Shown here in pieces: positions 12,344-24,130 of a DNA stretch of 64,000 nt. Both the position numbers and the translations under genes were made by a program. This DNA comes from Tubiluchus corallicola. Taxonomy: Eukaryota; Animalia; Priapulida. The stretch is taken from assembly GCA_030141605.1 (NCBI GenBank), contig JAQGDQ010000667.1:52072-116071 (forward strand), given 5' to 3'. How positions within the stretch are numbered: position 1 is the stretch's first letter; each line of letters opens with the position of its first letter. The notes under the pieces were generated by a model. It was not told where the DNA came from. It did no database searches and saw only the letters and a program-made list of their open reading frames with translations.

Positions 12344-13904
12344 TTTAATAATTGTTATATTTGTTCACAAATGATTGTACATTGTAGTATACACCTTGTG
12401 TGCGTATATTTAAAATATGTGCATGGCACAAAAACAGAAATCACGTGATAATTGTAAACATAGCACTCGTAGCACTGCGCTATGGAAGTAGGATTCTCTT
12501 TGTTTAAAATAGTTTAAAATAGTAGTCATCATCACCTCCGTGTACTACAGTACATACAGTCCAAAGCAGCATTATCCTCTGGGTTCAGTATGGCCACGTT
12601 TTTCGAAGTATCACTTTTTTGAAATATGACACATTATGATTCATCAAGCTCATCATATGGGCTGAGCTGCTGATTAGCCAGAATTTTGATGTCTATCCAT
12701 GTCATCATGATCCTAACAATTGTTGTAAGTTTCTTACTGCTCAATGTGTATACTTGTCTGGAATGTCTTCACTTTTTCTGAATTTCTTCGACATTTGAGT
12801 ATAATCACTACGTCTTATGTGTTGGCAAAAATGTGAGGTCAGGTCCTCACTATCGTGAAATATGGGGACAAAACATGCAGTATGATGTGTCCTCACTTTC
12901 TCACTTTGGTAGGTTTTATCTGTTTTAGTATTCTGGATATTACCTAATCGTAATGTAGCTTTTATCTTTATCTCAAGTTTATTAAATTTGTAAGTGTTAG
13001 TGCAATGGTTAGTAGTTTTGTTATTTGGAAAGCACAATTGATAAGTTTTTATTTTAGGGCGGTTTTAATAAATCTTTATCTGGAGGATGATTTCAGTGGA
13101 ATTTTTGAATGCAGTTTTTAATAGAAATTGTTTTTATTAGAGTTGTTTAATTGATATTTTTTGTAATAATAAATTTATCACCCTTTATTATAGCCAAAAT
13201 AATTAATTTATTGCAAAGAACTCTAAATTATGATAATGTATTAATAAGAAAAATACTAGCAATAGTACTAGCAATACTAAAAATAGCAGTAATAATAATT
13301 CTTACATTGATAGTTATTCTCATTCACACATGAATAATAATGTGACATGGTTTAACATGTCTATCATGGAACACACTAAAAACCGGAAAACTACACAGTA
13401 GTGACTAGCAAATAATTATTGCGGTTATTTCTACTATACATCTGATAATTTTTCATATCATCAGTCCTAGACTCTAGTACTCATTGTGACAGATTTATGA
13501 AGCCTCACCTTGCTACGTTGTATCCATCTGCATGGTCATTGTGGTGTGTTGTAGGCGAGTACGTGGACGTGGCGTGGTGGTTGACCCTGCAGCACTTGCA
13601 CTGTCATGGTATCTTGAGACCAACAAGTTGCCATGGAAGTAGGCATGGCGTGTTAAATCAGTTGCCTGCTAAAAAGTAAAATATTTAATGCTAATAAATT
13701 AATCAAAATTGTGCGAATCATTGCTAGATTTAAAAACTTTGTTGCCATTTAAATGACTTGTTATGTTGAGAGAAAAACTATGATATATGCGCGTTTTAAC
13801 GCTTTTCTGTCTAGACATTTATCTCAAGAAGATTAGTATTTACTATAATTTAGTGTTACTTATAGTATTTTTAAAACGTTAGCAATGCAATAATATTAGT
13901 TATT

Positions 13905-14559
13905 ATGAATGTGCGTTCAGTCAGCTGTTTTTTGTGGCTCTCCAAACGTGAATTGTATTGCTTCTTGGTTATTTATGCAGTACTTACAAGAGCAATAAAC
14001 TGTGTAAATCAAGGATGTAGTGACAATATTATCTCATACGGCACTTGTCATTACTTACCTCATTGTTCCTGCTTGATTTCTGGAGTAAATTGCGCTGTTT
14101 TTCGATGTGGACTCGAAGCTGAGCTGAACGCTGAGAAACTGCGAGAAATTGAGGCTGCCGTATCGTTCCCGCTGTACGAGCTGGAAATTAACAATTACAA
14201 CGACGGAGAATTTCCAAAGAAGTTTCTAGATGGCAAACATGTGTTTAGTTTAATTATACAGGACTCGGTGATGGGCACTAAACTGCCTGAGCTTGCTATG
14301 TCTTCCACGAACACCAGTTCTTTGGTTTTGAGAGACATAAAGGAACTTGAAAGTATACATCCGCGTGCATTGTACTTGCTAAAAGCGCTCGAATATCTGA
14401 AGATTTCTTACAATCCAAATCTGAGTACTGTTAATCTGGATATGTCACTTAATAAAAAGTTGGATCATATGCAGGTAGATAAGAACAACATCACCCACAT
14501 GGATATGCCAATATTGCATAAGGAATGGTCACCTAGCAACATTGGACTGTCTTTTTATG
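13905..14559 (+). CDS. LRR cell-surface protein, exon 1 of 2; join(13905..14559,15778..16622), 499 aa
   Basis: Hydrophobic signal-like segment, Cys-rich N-cap, LRR-like repeats (LEYLKISYNPNL, LDHMQVDKNNI). Phase-1 donor G|GTACGA. Confidence 0.8.
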
Positions 14560-15163
14560 GTACGATTTCAATTCTTTTATTAAAAACCAGTCATTGGAAA
14601 TTGCAAGTTTACAGTTTTTGTTTAATAATTATTGTACAATCGTATTGCGTTTTTAGACTATGCATAGTTTGATGAAGTTTACATTTTTTTATAAATTTGG
14701 AACTTAGCAACCAATACAGAAAAACTTACCAAGCACTGGATGGGTCTTTGTCTTAAGCGTCTGTATAATGATAATTGTTTGCAACTAAAAAAAATTGGAT
14801 AAAGCTATTATTTTTACAAATAATCATTTATTAAAATTCCGAGTCATTTTACGGTGTACGGTTTCTGTATTATCAGCCTCCATTATAATTACACTCTAAG
14901 TTTTAGAAAAATTGAACAACGTAAAATACAATTTTGTATGCAGCATAGTATTAGACCTTGTGAAATTTGAAATGATAAGTATTAACTATAATTTTAAACT
15001 TTATCTGAAATTTGTACGTGCCCTTCTTCCAGTTAAAATTACTTTAAAGCACATTTAAAAATCCAATTATGAAATAATAAGATTGTTTAATATATACACG
15101 TCTAGCAGTAGTGAATTACACAATGTTGTAGAACATACAGAACAACTGAGAGCGTTTACTTAA

Positions 15164-15619
15164 CCCTTTCAGTCCCAAATTATTTTTCTAATAAGAAAAA
15201 AAATTTTGGCTTGGTACTTTTGTTCAGTATGTCCATCTTGTTTACACATAATAATTTTTTTTCTACCTGTGCCTGCGTGCTAAATATAGCCTGTATCCCA
15301 CGGGATACATTGGGATTCAATGGAAGCAAAAAATGTGCTTCATTCTGTAACTGCTGATAATTTTTTAAAGTATTTAAGACATTTAGTATGCATGCTATGC
15401 TGATCTGTACAAAGTCGTCTCTAAACACTGTAGCTTGCACAGTTTTTATGCCGTGTAGATTTTCTAGTTTGCCATTTTATCACCATTTTTAGTCTATTGT
15501 TATTGGTTTAAATCAAAATAACTATTACCAGATCAAATAACTGTCAGTTTTAAAATTTTATTAATTTTAAAGGCAGAAAATATTCTCGAATCCCACGGGA
15601 TACAACGGGTATGAAAGGG
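15164..15619. mobile_element. piggyBac-type MITE, copy 1
   Basis: TTAA TSD on both sides, CCCTTTCA...TGAAAGGG termini; near-identical copies at 19497-19954 and 47340-47798. Confidence 0.92.
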
Positions 15620-15777
15620 TTAATTAAGGTCACATCTTTGACAATTTGAATCTTTATGTATCTGGAGGATTTCCATATCCATTCACTAAATATTCTACAT
15701 AATTGTGGAAACACTTTATTTGCAAAGTGGAAGTTATAATGTTTCTGATAAACGTTTTTGTTGATTTATTTCCATAG

Positions 15778-16622
15778 GAAACCCCTTTGTCTGTGATTCC
15801 AGCATGCGGTGGATCGGCAGCTATAAATGGCGTCGATTTGTGATAGAGTGCCAAGTACCTCGGAAGCGTTATTCTCACAGAGGGGTGGTCCTAGCCGAGT
15901 TTACATCTGTTTCATCCACAGAGTTGCTGACATCTTTTCCCAAGAAGGTGCTAAGGACTTCTTCCAAGGCTACAAGGTCAATAAGTTCAACAATGGCTGT
16001 TACAACAACAAGTAGCAGTATCTCTACTGCAAAACTGTCGAATAGATCAACTTCGGTTGAAACTGCTACTGCTAAGAGTAATTTTGTACCAGCAGTTTCT
16101 AAACATGAATTACAGTCAGTGAGGCCGAGATCTATATTTAATCGGCCATTGTCCAGTATGTCCAGTACCAGATCGCAAACACATCCTTTTCATGTGACGT
16201 CGTCAACTGTGCTAGCTAAAACGAATGTACCGTCCGTGCATCGTACATCATCTAGGAGTTCGTCAATTTCACAAGTGCTGCCATCAACCGTTCAGTCCAA
16301 AATGTCAGTTTTATCTAAGGTAGAGGTTACATCTAAATCTGATGAGCCAACCGAGAGTGAGACACACAGTGTATCCACACAGTTAGAGAGTCTGGCAATT
16401 TCGGCCGAGTCCTCTCCTGTTCATACAGCCGTTAAAAAGGAAAGTGGTGTCATGGTGACCAAGCATCGATTGGTGCTGACGCCTGAGGATGACTCAAAAG
16501 TTGTTGCAACAATGATGACCAGTGTGGAGAAGTCTGATGCACAGACTGTTGTTGCTAAGCTACCTTGTTTCGTAATATTGTTGATTTTTCTACAAGTACT
16601 GAACATATGTGTGCTATACTAA
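15778..16622 (+). CDS. LRR cell-surface protein, exon 2 (LRRCT, Ser/Thr mucin-like stalk, hydrophobic C-terminus)
   Basis: Acceptor TTTATTTCCATAG. Splicing restores GNPFVCDSSMRWI (LRRCT-like). S/T-rich linker and terminal hydrophobic LPCFVILLIFLQVLNICVLY. Confidence 0.82.
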
Positions 16623-18049
16623 ACTGGCTTACTGAAACTAATTTTCAGTATATTTTTTAAAATTTTTGTAGTCCCAAAATTAGTGGAATGAGTGGGTCTG
16701 TTGAATTTGAGAATTTTGAGTCTGTTGATTGACAAGTCACGTCAAAGTGTAGCCTCATTTATGGAAAGAACATGCTGTTAATTAAGCTGATTAGTTCATT
16801 CTGTTGGATTTTCTTATCGTTGAGTTACTGTGTTCTTTGTTGTGATTGTGTTAAAAATTTGCTTATTGCAAATCCACTTTTTATTACAATGAATTAATTT
16901 GTAAATTAACCCAGCTGCCAGCATTCTTCTGCTGAATTTTGTAATGTAAACCTAGTTTTGCTATTTTGTTTAGGCTTCCATTTTTGTGGTCTGGACTTGA
17001 GTATCAGTAAATTCTACTAACTGTTGTATGTTTTACTACCAAGCATACATGTAAATGCTGCAGTTATTCATAGCCATTTACTGTGAAATGAGGTGCTTAA
17101 TTCTAAAACTTTTTCGTTTTATGAACATTTCAGTTTTGGACTAATGAGATACAGTAGATTTGCTTGTTGGTGTTTAATAAATTCATGCAAGTGTACGGGT
17201 ACTTTGTGTAAATAACTGCACATCGGTTTTTGCCATTGCCCTAAGCGTAACAAGAATGCTGAATGGTTTGTTATTGTTATTTGTGAAACAGTTAGAAAAT
17301 AACAGAACATTTGAATCTTATATTGGTTTGGTTAATTTTGTTTTAATGTTTGTAAGAATTTTGTTATTCATTGCACAATTTTCTGATGTTGTTATAATTA
17401 TGTTGTAATAAACTTTCATTAATGATACACGTCGTTTATGTTTGAATTACTGAACTGCTTTAAGTTGTGAAGCTACCTACTATGAGGTTTTCGTCAATTT
17501 TATACATGTGTTGTCATGTGGAAGTTTTTATTTGTGATTATTTGCTGTTAATTACCGTTTTAGACCAAATACATAGCTGGCCCACGAAACATGAAACATC
17601 TGCACACGAAAGACTCAACTACTTATCCCGGATTATTAATGGGAAAAATACAGTGAACATGGAGGCGATTCGTAACTAAAATCATTTTTCCCACGGTTTC
17701 AGTATGTACGTGATAATGCTCGTGTTAAATCACTCGTTTGTACTACATATTTACGTGCTTGGAAGCTATTATTGCTTGATTTATTAATGTGAATGAATAA
17801 GGATGGGGTTATGAGCATGTTTGCACGACGTCAGCAGTCTTTATCTGACTTGATGGCTCTGAGAGAGTCAGACGTCAATTGTCAGTGGCGCCTGAAATTT
17901 CTTTGTCGCTGACTTGTTGAGAAAAAAGCAGCTTTTGTCGCCATATTTCCGTCCAGATGGCAGCACTGACGGATTGTTTAACTTCGCCAGGAATTGTTAT
18001 TCTTAAGATAAAACGCGTTACGGAAAAAAATTTATTATTTTCACAGTAA

Positions 18050-18128
18050 ATGACAAATAAAAGCTTGAACAACGAGGAAACATGGAGATTTGTTTTGGCT
18101 GGAGTATCATGCATGTGTGCGGCAGCAG
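18050..18128 (+). CDS. Mitochondrial carrier (SLC25, UCP/SLC25A30-like), exon 1 of 6; join(18050..18128,19983..20148,21991..22130,23013..23215,24595..24760,26360..26544), 312 aa
   Basis: MTNKSLNNEETWRFVLAGVSCMCAAA; donor G|GTAGAG. All six exons join in frame (939 nt) and give three Px[D/E]xx[K/R]xR signatures. Confidence 0.85.
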
Positions 18129-18599
18129 GTAGAGTTATTTATTGATACTGTATACTGACCAGTGTAATGTGTATACGGCGCAATTTTACTGAACTATTTT
18201 TCATTAATGCACAGCTTGCATTGTCCTCTCGAAGTTTAACTATTCTTAAAATGTCAATCTAGTAATAGCGATTCTTGCTTTGTTAATTTACTCGAGCATA
18301 GAATACTGTGTAAAAAGTTGATAAGCTCTTGTTTGATTGGTCAAGGCATTATAACATTAAATTTTCTAAAAAAACATTTTGAAAATTTATATATAAGATT
18401 AAAACAAGCTTAATCTTTCGCAAGTTTATATCATGCCTGACACCGAGTACCACTTTACAATAAAACTAAGTGATGAAGGGTTCACACAGTGACATGTATG
18501 AAAGTTAAATTAATGTTTTACAAGTTGTTAGCAAAAAGGAAAGGTAGACTGACAGATCTAGGGAAATGGTCATTGAAAATAAAAAGTGTATGCAGTCGG

Positions 18600-19113
18600 G
18601 TACAGCGTATGTGTGCCTATCATGAAGTATCTAAGATGATCTCCGAGCTCGGGTGGGGAACACTAGAAATTAGACGCCGACAAGCAATACTAAACATCTT
18701 TCGTGATACAATACATCACAGGATAGGTGTAAATTTACCAACTTACATCACCCCGTCTCTCAAGATACCGACAAGTTTCTTAAGCCATCAGGAAGAGTCA
18801 ATATTTATTTATACCCCAGAGCAATGCGGTTGTAGAACAAACTTCCACCGGATATCAGGGAAATCACTTCTAGAGATCACTTCCGAGCACTAGCTGTTTC
18901 TACCACGAGAGTGCCATCCCACCCACCTGTCTGTAAATCTAACTGTGTTTTTAGCCCGCACCCACCATGTTTGTTTTGCTTGTTTCACCTCTTCTCATAA
19001 CCTCTGATACCATCACCAGTTAGCGAGTTGCAGGGTGTATACTAACCATGCGCACCCAAAACTTCTAGTATGTCGTCAAAGACTTTAGAAGTATGTTATT
19101 CAAGACTTCAAGT
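18600..19113 (+). mobile_element. 5'-truncated LINE (CR1/L2-like) 3' fragment
   Basis: Peptide VSKMISELGWGTLEIRRRQAILNIFRDTIH resembles the post-RT region of CR1/L2-group ORF2. Boundaries approximate. Confidence 0.6.
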
Positions 19114-19496
19114 CTGGAAAATTGTTAAAACACAACCATAAAATTACTGGTTAGATACGAGCTAATTAATTCTTAATTCTTAGTTTTATGAATTATAATA
19201 ATATACTAATACATTTACTAATATAATATTAATCTGTTATAATTTATAAAATAATTTTGGAGCAATTTGAATTCCTGTGATTTTTCTACTGTACCACATT
19301 TGACTATCTTCCGTGGTTTCTGCATGTTCTATAGGTCTGTTATGTCCTATAGGAAAGCCTTTTAGACTGTTATTAGGAAAACATTGTATTCTAATCAATG
19401 ATCATTAGTTCTTAGCCTTATATGCAAAATGGCTATTTCAATAACCTTGGAGTGGTAAATATATTTCAGTTCTTCCTAATTACAGCCTTTTGTTAA

Positions 19497-19954
19497 CTCT
19501 TTCAGTCGCAAATTATTTTTTTAATAAGAATTTTTTTTCGATTTGGTACTTTTGTTCAGTATGTCCATCTTGTTTACACATAATAATTATTTTTTTCTCC
19601 CTGTGCCCGCGGGCTAAATATACCCTGTATCCCATGGGATACATTGAGATTCAATGGAAGCATAAAATGTACTTCATTTTGCAACTACTGATAATTATTT
19701 AAAGTATTTAAGACATTTAGTATGCATGCTATACTGATCTGTACAAAGTCGTCTGTAAAGTACTGTACCTTGCGCAGTTTTTATGCTATGTAGATTTTCT
19801 AGTTTGCCATTTTATCACTATTTTTAGTCTATTGTTATTGGCTTAAATCAAAATAACTCTTAACAGATCAAATAACTGTCAGTTTTAAAATTTTATTAAT
19901 TTTAAAGGCAGAAAATATTCTCGTATCCCGCGGGATGCAACGGGTATGAAAGGG
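19497..19954. mobile_element. piggyBac-type MITE, copy 2
   Basis: TTAA flanks at 19493-19496 and 19955-19958; near-identical to 15164-15619. Confidence 0.9.
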
Positions 19955-19982
19955 TTAAACTTTGTTTCTGTTTTGAATTTAG

Positions 19983-20148
19983 TTACCAATCCGATCGATG
20001 TGATCAAAGTTCGTATGCAACTAGACAACGAGTTATCAGCCCAGCGTGGGAAAGGTATAGCCGTGTTTCAAGAACGCTATTACCAGGGCTGGATCAGAGG
20101 AGCCGTACAGATAGTCCGGGATGAGGGAATTCACGGACTTTACAAAGG
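19983..20148 (+). CDS. Mitochondrial carrier exon 2
   Basis: VTNPIDVIKVRMQ...IVRDEGIHGLYKG; AG at 19981-2, GT at 20149. Confidence 0.9.
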
Positions 20149-20510
20149 GTTTGTAATATTAATTGCTTTGCATTTATGGGCTGTACATAGGTATTGTAAT
20201 CTTGTACATTGTTAATGGCTTGTAACATAAGATGCTTTATAGTTACAGGCTTTACAAAGCATTTGTAACTTAAGATGCTTTATAGTTACAGGCTGTACAA
20301 AGCATTTGTAACACTACATAGTTTGTAGTTACAGGCTTTACAAAGCATTTGTAACTTAAGATTTGTAACTAACACGACTGTTTTCAGGGGGGGGGGGCTG
20401 AAACAAATTACATCATTAATAAATAATAAATCGTAATAAATCTTGTCTCATAATACGGAAATTCTAAGATACGAAAATCCCTCCGTTGCTGTATAAGAGA
20501 AAAAACGCAT

Positions 20511-20898
20511 TCAACGATTAAGCAAACAAACAATCAACGATTAAGTAAACAAACAATCAATGATTAAGTAAACAAACAATCAATGATTAAGTAAACTTTC
20601 AATCAACGATTAAGCAAACAGTCAATCAATGATTAAGTCAATGATTAAGTAAACAAACAATCAATGATTAAGTAAACAAACAATCAACGATTAAGCAATC
20701 AACGATTAAGTAAACAAACAATCAGTGATTAAGTAAACAAACAATCAATGATTAAGTAAACAAACAATGATTAAGTAAACAAACAATGATTAAGTAAACA
20801 AACAATCAATGATTAAGTTAACAAACAATCAACGATTAAGCAAACAATCAATCAACGATTAAGCAAACAAACAATCAATGATTAAGTAAACAAACAAC
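20511..20898. repeat. ~23-bp minisatellite
   Basis: Unit AACAATCAA(T/C)GATTAAG(T/C)AAACA. Confidence 0.9.
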
Positions 20899-21376
20899 CA
20901 AAACAAAAATGTTAAAATTAAAGGAAAAAAGATACAATAATTAGTATATAATTAATCTACATAACATATATAATTCTAAATTAGAAAGTTTTGAACACTG
21001 AACCCTTGCTTTCCAGGAAGCTTTCTAATTTTTACACCAGGGATCTACTCTGATTTATCAGTTTCAGAGATGCTCACTAGAAACTATCAGAACTCAATCA
21101 AGTGGTAGCTTAGTGGATTCCTGGGATCTAGTTAGAAAATGTGCATTCATTCATTTCATATCGTACATTTTAGTTTCCTGCTTTTTGATGAGTTTTTTTA
21201 TTCTGTTTTCTCTGTGTACTATGTGATTATAATGTCACTACATTTGTTACTTGTTTACGATGTATTAACACATCACTTATTGAGAATGAATGTGCTTGTA
21301 GGGCATGCCTTTTAGAGCAATGCAGGTAATAATAAGTGTTAAGAAGCCAGACTTAGACGCATCAGACAGTTTAGGT

Positions 21377-21859
21377 TAGGAGTGTGCAAATTGCGGCCCG
21401 CCGAGAGAATTTATGCGGCCCGCGAAGAGATTTGTCAACCTAATGAAAGTGCGGCCCGGGAGATTAATTGAGTGCATCCAGCTGAAGTCCGTGCCACGAT
21501 CCCAAAGATAATGCGGGTAGTTTTTTCTACTCAATCGGATGCCATTAACCCTTACAAGACGGTTGTAGCTTAATGTCACTGTACTACACAGACTGTGTGA
21601 TACACATTACTAATATGCATTGTAATGAAATTACCACTATCTGTCCTGAAAGTAGAAATATATGGTTTGTAATATAAATTTTAATAACTTCTAAAATAGT
21701 TTCTTGAGTGTAGTAGTAATGATTTACGCAGGTCGGATGCCAAAAATATCGTTATTAGGCCTTTCTGTACTTGGCTCCTTGATCAAACTGCATGTGGCCC
21801 GCAGGAATTGTGGGAAAGTTTAATGTGGCCCGGCTAGTCAGATAATTTGCACACCCCTG
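21377..21859 (+). mobile_element. hAT-type MITE family A, copy 1
   Basis: TIR (C/T)AGG(G/A)GTGTGCAAATT; exact 8-bp TSD GTTTAGGT. Confidence 0.92.
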
Positions 21860-21990
21860 GTTTAGGTGGAAAGCTTGATGATAAACTCGTACGCTTGGCT
21901 AATGAACTGTCAATGACCTTTTCCTGATTGGCTGTCGTCTCTGTTTCATAATTGGTGAAGAGAAATTTGTACGTTTTCTTATTATTCTAG

Positions 21991-22130
21991 GCTGAGTCCA
22001 TCTCTCATGAGAGAAGGTGTGTACAGTACCATCCGTCTGGGTGCTTATGAACCGCTGAAAGTATGGCTGGGTGCTACGGACCCCGCCCACACTCCGCTCT
22101 GGAAGAAGATTACGGCAGGTGCAATTTCAG
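21991..22130 (+). CDS. Mitochondrial carrier exon 3
   Basis: LSPSLMREGVYSTIRLGAYEPLKVWLGATDPAHTPLWKKITAGAIS; canonical AG/GT. Confidence 0.92.
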
Positions 22131-22389
22131 GTGTGTGGTTGATTAATTATCAGAACGTATGCCTATTTTCTGCTAAATCAGCCATTAACAGCTGAGTAGT
22201 GTTGCCGCTTATCAGAATGTATACCTATTTTCTGTCAAATCAGCCATTCACAGCTGAGTTAGTGTTGCCACTTGTGCCATAATTATCAGAACGTATGGCT
22301 TTAACAAATTGACTTTAACATTGATTAACCTTAATAAAAAATGTTTGAAAAAAGATTTTCTTCCTTCCTTACTGACAGCTGTTGAGTTC

Positions 22390-23054
22390 ATAATGTTACA
22401 TTTTTCAGGTGGAGTAGGGAGTTCCATAGTCACGCCCACTGATCTCATTACAAATGTTACATTATTCAGGTGGAGTTGGGTTCCATAGCCATGCTCACTG
22501 ATCTCATTACAAATGTTACCTTATTCAGGTGGAGCAGGGAGTTCCATAGCCACGCTCACTGATCTCAATACAAATGTTACATTATTCAGGTGGAGTTGGG
22601 AGTTCCATAGCCACGCCCACTGATCTCATTACAAATGTTACCTTATTCAGGTGGAGCAGGGAGTTCCATAGCCACGCTCACTGATCTCAATACAAATGTT
22701 ACATTATTCAGGTGGAGTTGGGAGTTCCATAGCCATGCTCACTGATCTCATTACAAATGTTACCTTATTCAGGTGGAGCAGGGAGTTCCATAGCCACGCT
22801 CACTGATCTCAATACAAATGTTACATTATTCAGGTGGAGTAGGGAGTTCCATAGCCATGCTCACTGATCTCATTATAAATGTTACATTATTCAGGTGCAG
22901 TAGGGAGTTTCATAGCCACGCCCGCTGATCTCATTATGTTCCATTATTCAGGTGGAGTAGGTAGTTTCATAGCCACGCCCACTGATCTCATTATAAACGT
23001 TACATTATTCAGGTGGAGTAGGGAGTTCCATAGCCACGCCCACTGATCTCATTA
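22390..23054 (+). repeat. 61-bp tandem array (11 copies) spanning the intron 3/exon 4 splice acceptor
   Basis: Unit ACAAATGTTACATTATTCAG|GTGGAGTAGGGAGTTCCATAGCCACGCCCACTGATCTCATT; only the last copy runs on into the coding exon. Confidence 0.95.
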
Positions 23055-23215
23055 AAGTTCGCATGCAAGCTTGTCGCATGAAGCCTGGCGAAGAACGGAG
23101 GTACAGAAGTTTTGCGCAAGCGTTTTGGGAGATCTTACGCAAGGAAGGTTTGCCGGGATTGTATAAGGGCGTTGGCCCGACCGTGCAAAGAGCTGCCATA
23201 TTGACTGCCACTCAG
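23013..23215 (+). CDS. Mitochondrial carrier exon 4
   Basis: GGVGSSIATPTDLIKVRMQ...EGLPGLYKGVGPTVQRAAILTATQ; donor CAG|GTAAGG. Confidence 0.9.
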
Positions 23216-23367
23216 GTAAGGAGTAGGTTTCGATGACGGATTGAGGAAGTGGTATTTCCACTTCCACAAAAATACAACCCTTTACCCTTCAGCTTTCAAA
23301 TCATTCATAGAAATTTGTGTGCTTGCCAACCAAAACCGTCCGTAGGTTGGCATGGCTTAAACTACAT

Positions 23368-23774
23368 CAGGGGTGTGCAAATTATCTGACTAGCCGGGCC
23401 ACATTAAACTTTCCCGCAATTCCTGTGGGCCACATGCAGTTTGGTCAAGAAACCAAGTACTGTAGGACTTAATAACGATTTTTTTGCATCCGATTTGCAC
23501 ACATCATCACTACTGCACTCAAGAAACTATTTTAGAAGTTATTAAAATTTATATTAAAAACCATACATTTCGTCATGTCCGACAGTGACATTAAGTGACA
23601 ACGGTCTTGTAAGGGTTGTTGCCATCCGATCTAGAGGAAAAAACTACCCGCACTATCTTTGCGATATTGGCACAGACTTCAGCTGAATCGCTTGGACCGC
23701 ATCTTCATTACGTTGACAAACCTCTTCGTGGGCCGCACAAGATCTCTCGGCGGGCCGCAGTTTGCACACCCCTG
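23368..23774 (-). mobile_element. hAT-type MITE family A, copy 2 (inverted relative to copy 1)
   Basis: CAGGGGTGTGCAAA...TTTGCACACCCCTG; exact TSD AACTACAT. Confidence 0.92.
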
Positions 23775-24130
23775 AACTACATTATGGTGCTTCAAAGTAG
23801 AATGCATGAAAAATTTGGTCAAATGTACGTTTTTTTTCATAAAAACAAACGTTAAATATATTGGGGTTTTATATTTTAGCATGAAAGTATCAAGAAAATG
23901 TACTAAAAGTTTAGTTATATAATTCCGTACCCTCTTATCTGGCTAGAAACTAGTTCTGTAATTCTAAAAAAAACTTGTATTTTCAAACGTCGACTGTAGC
24001 TCGTGGAAGCTGTCATTTTGGTTCTGGGTTTTTTCTCTTGAAAAGCCCAGATCTCCGTATGGAAGAGCCATCTACTGGATTTTGCCATAACTTCAATTTG
24101 TTTTTGCAGAAAAATATCGTTGATGCTTTA

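Noticed and set aside
12170-12448. Poly-Asn ORF
   Set aside because: Translation of an (AAT)n microsatellite.
14560-14672. C-terminal part of the 255-aa ORF
   Set aside because: Read-through into the intron; splicing at 14559/15778 restores the LRRCT motif.
19946-19982. ATG start of the 89-aa ORF as the carrier N-terminus
   Set aside because: The ATG lies within the piggyBac MITE terminus; the true first exon at 18050-18128 supplies helix 1 in the right phase.
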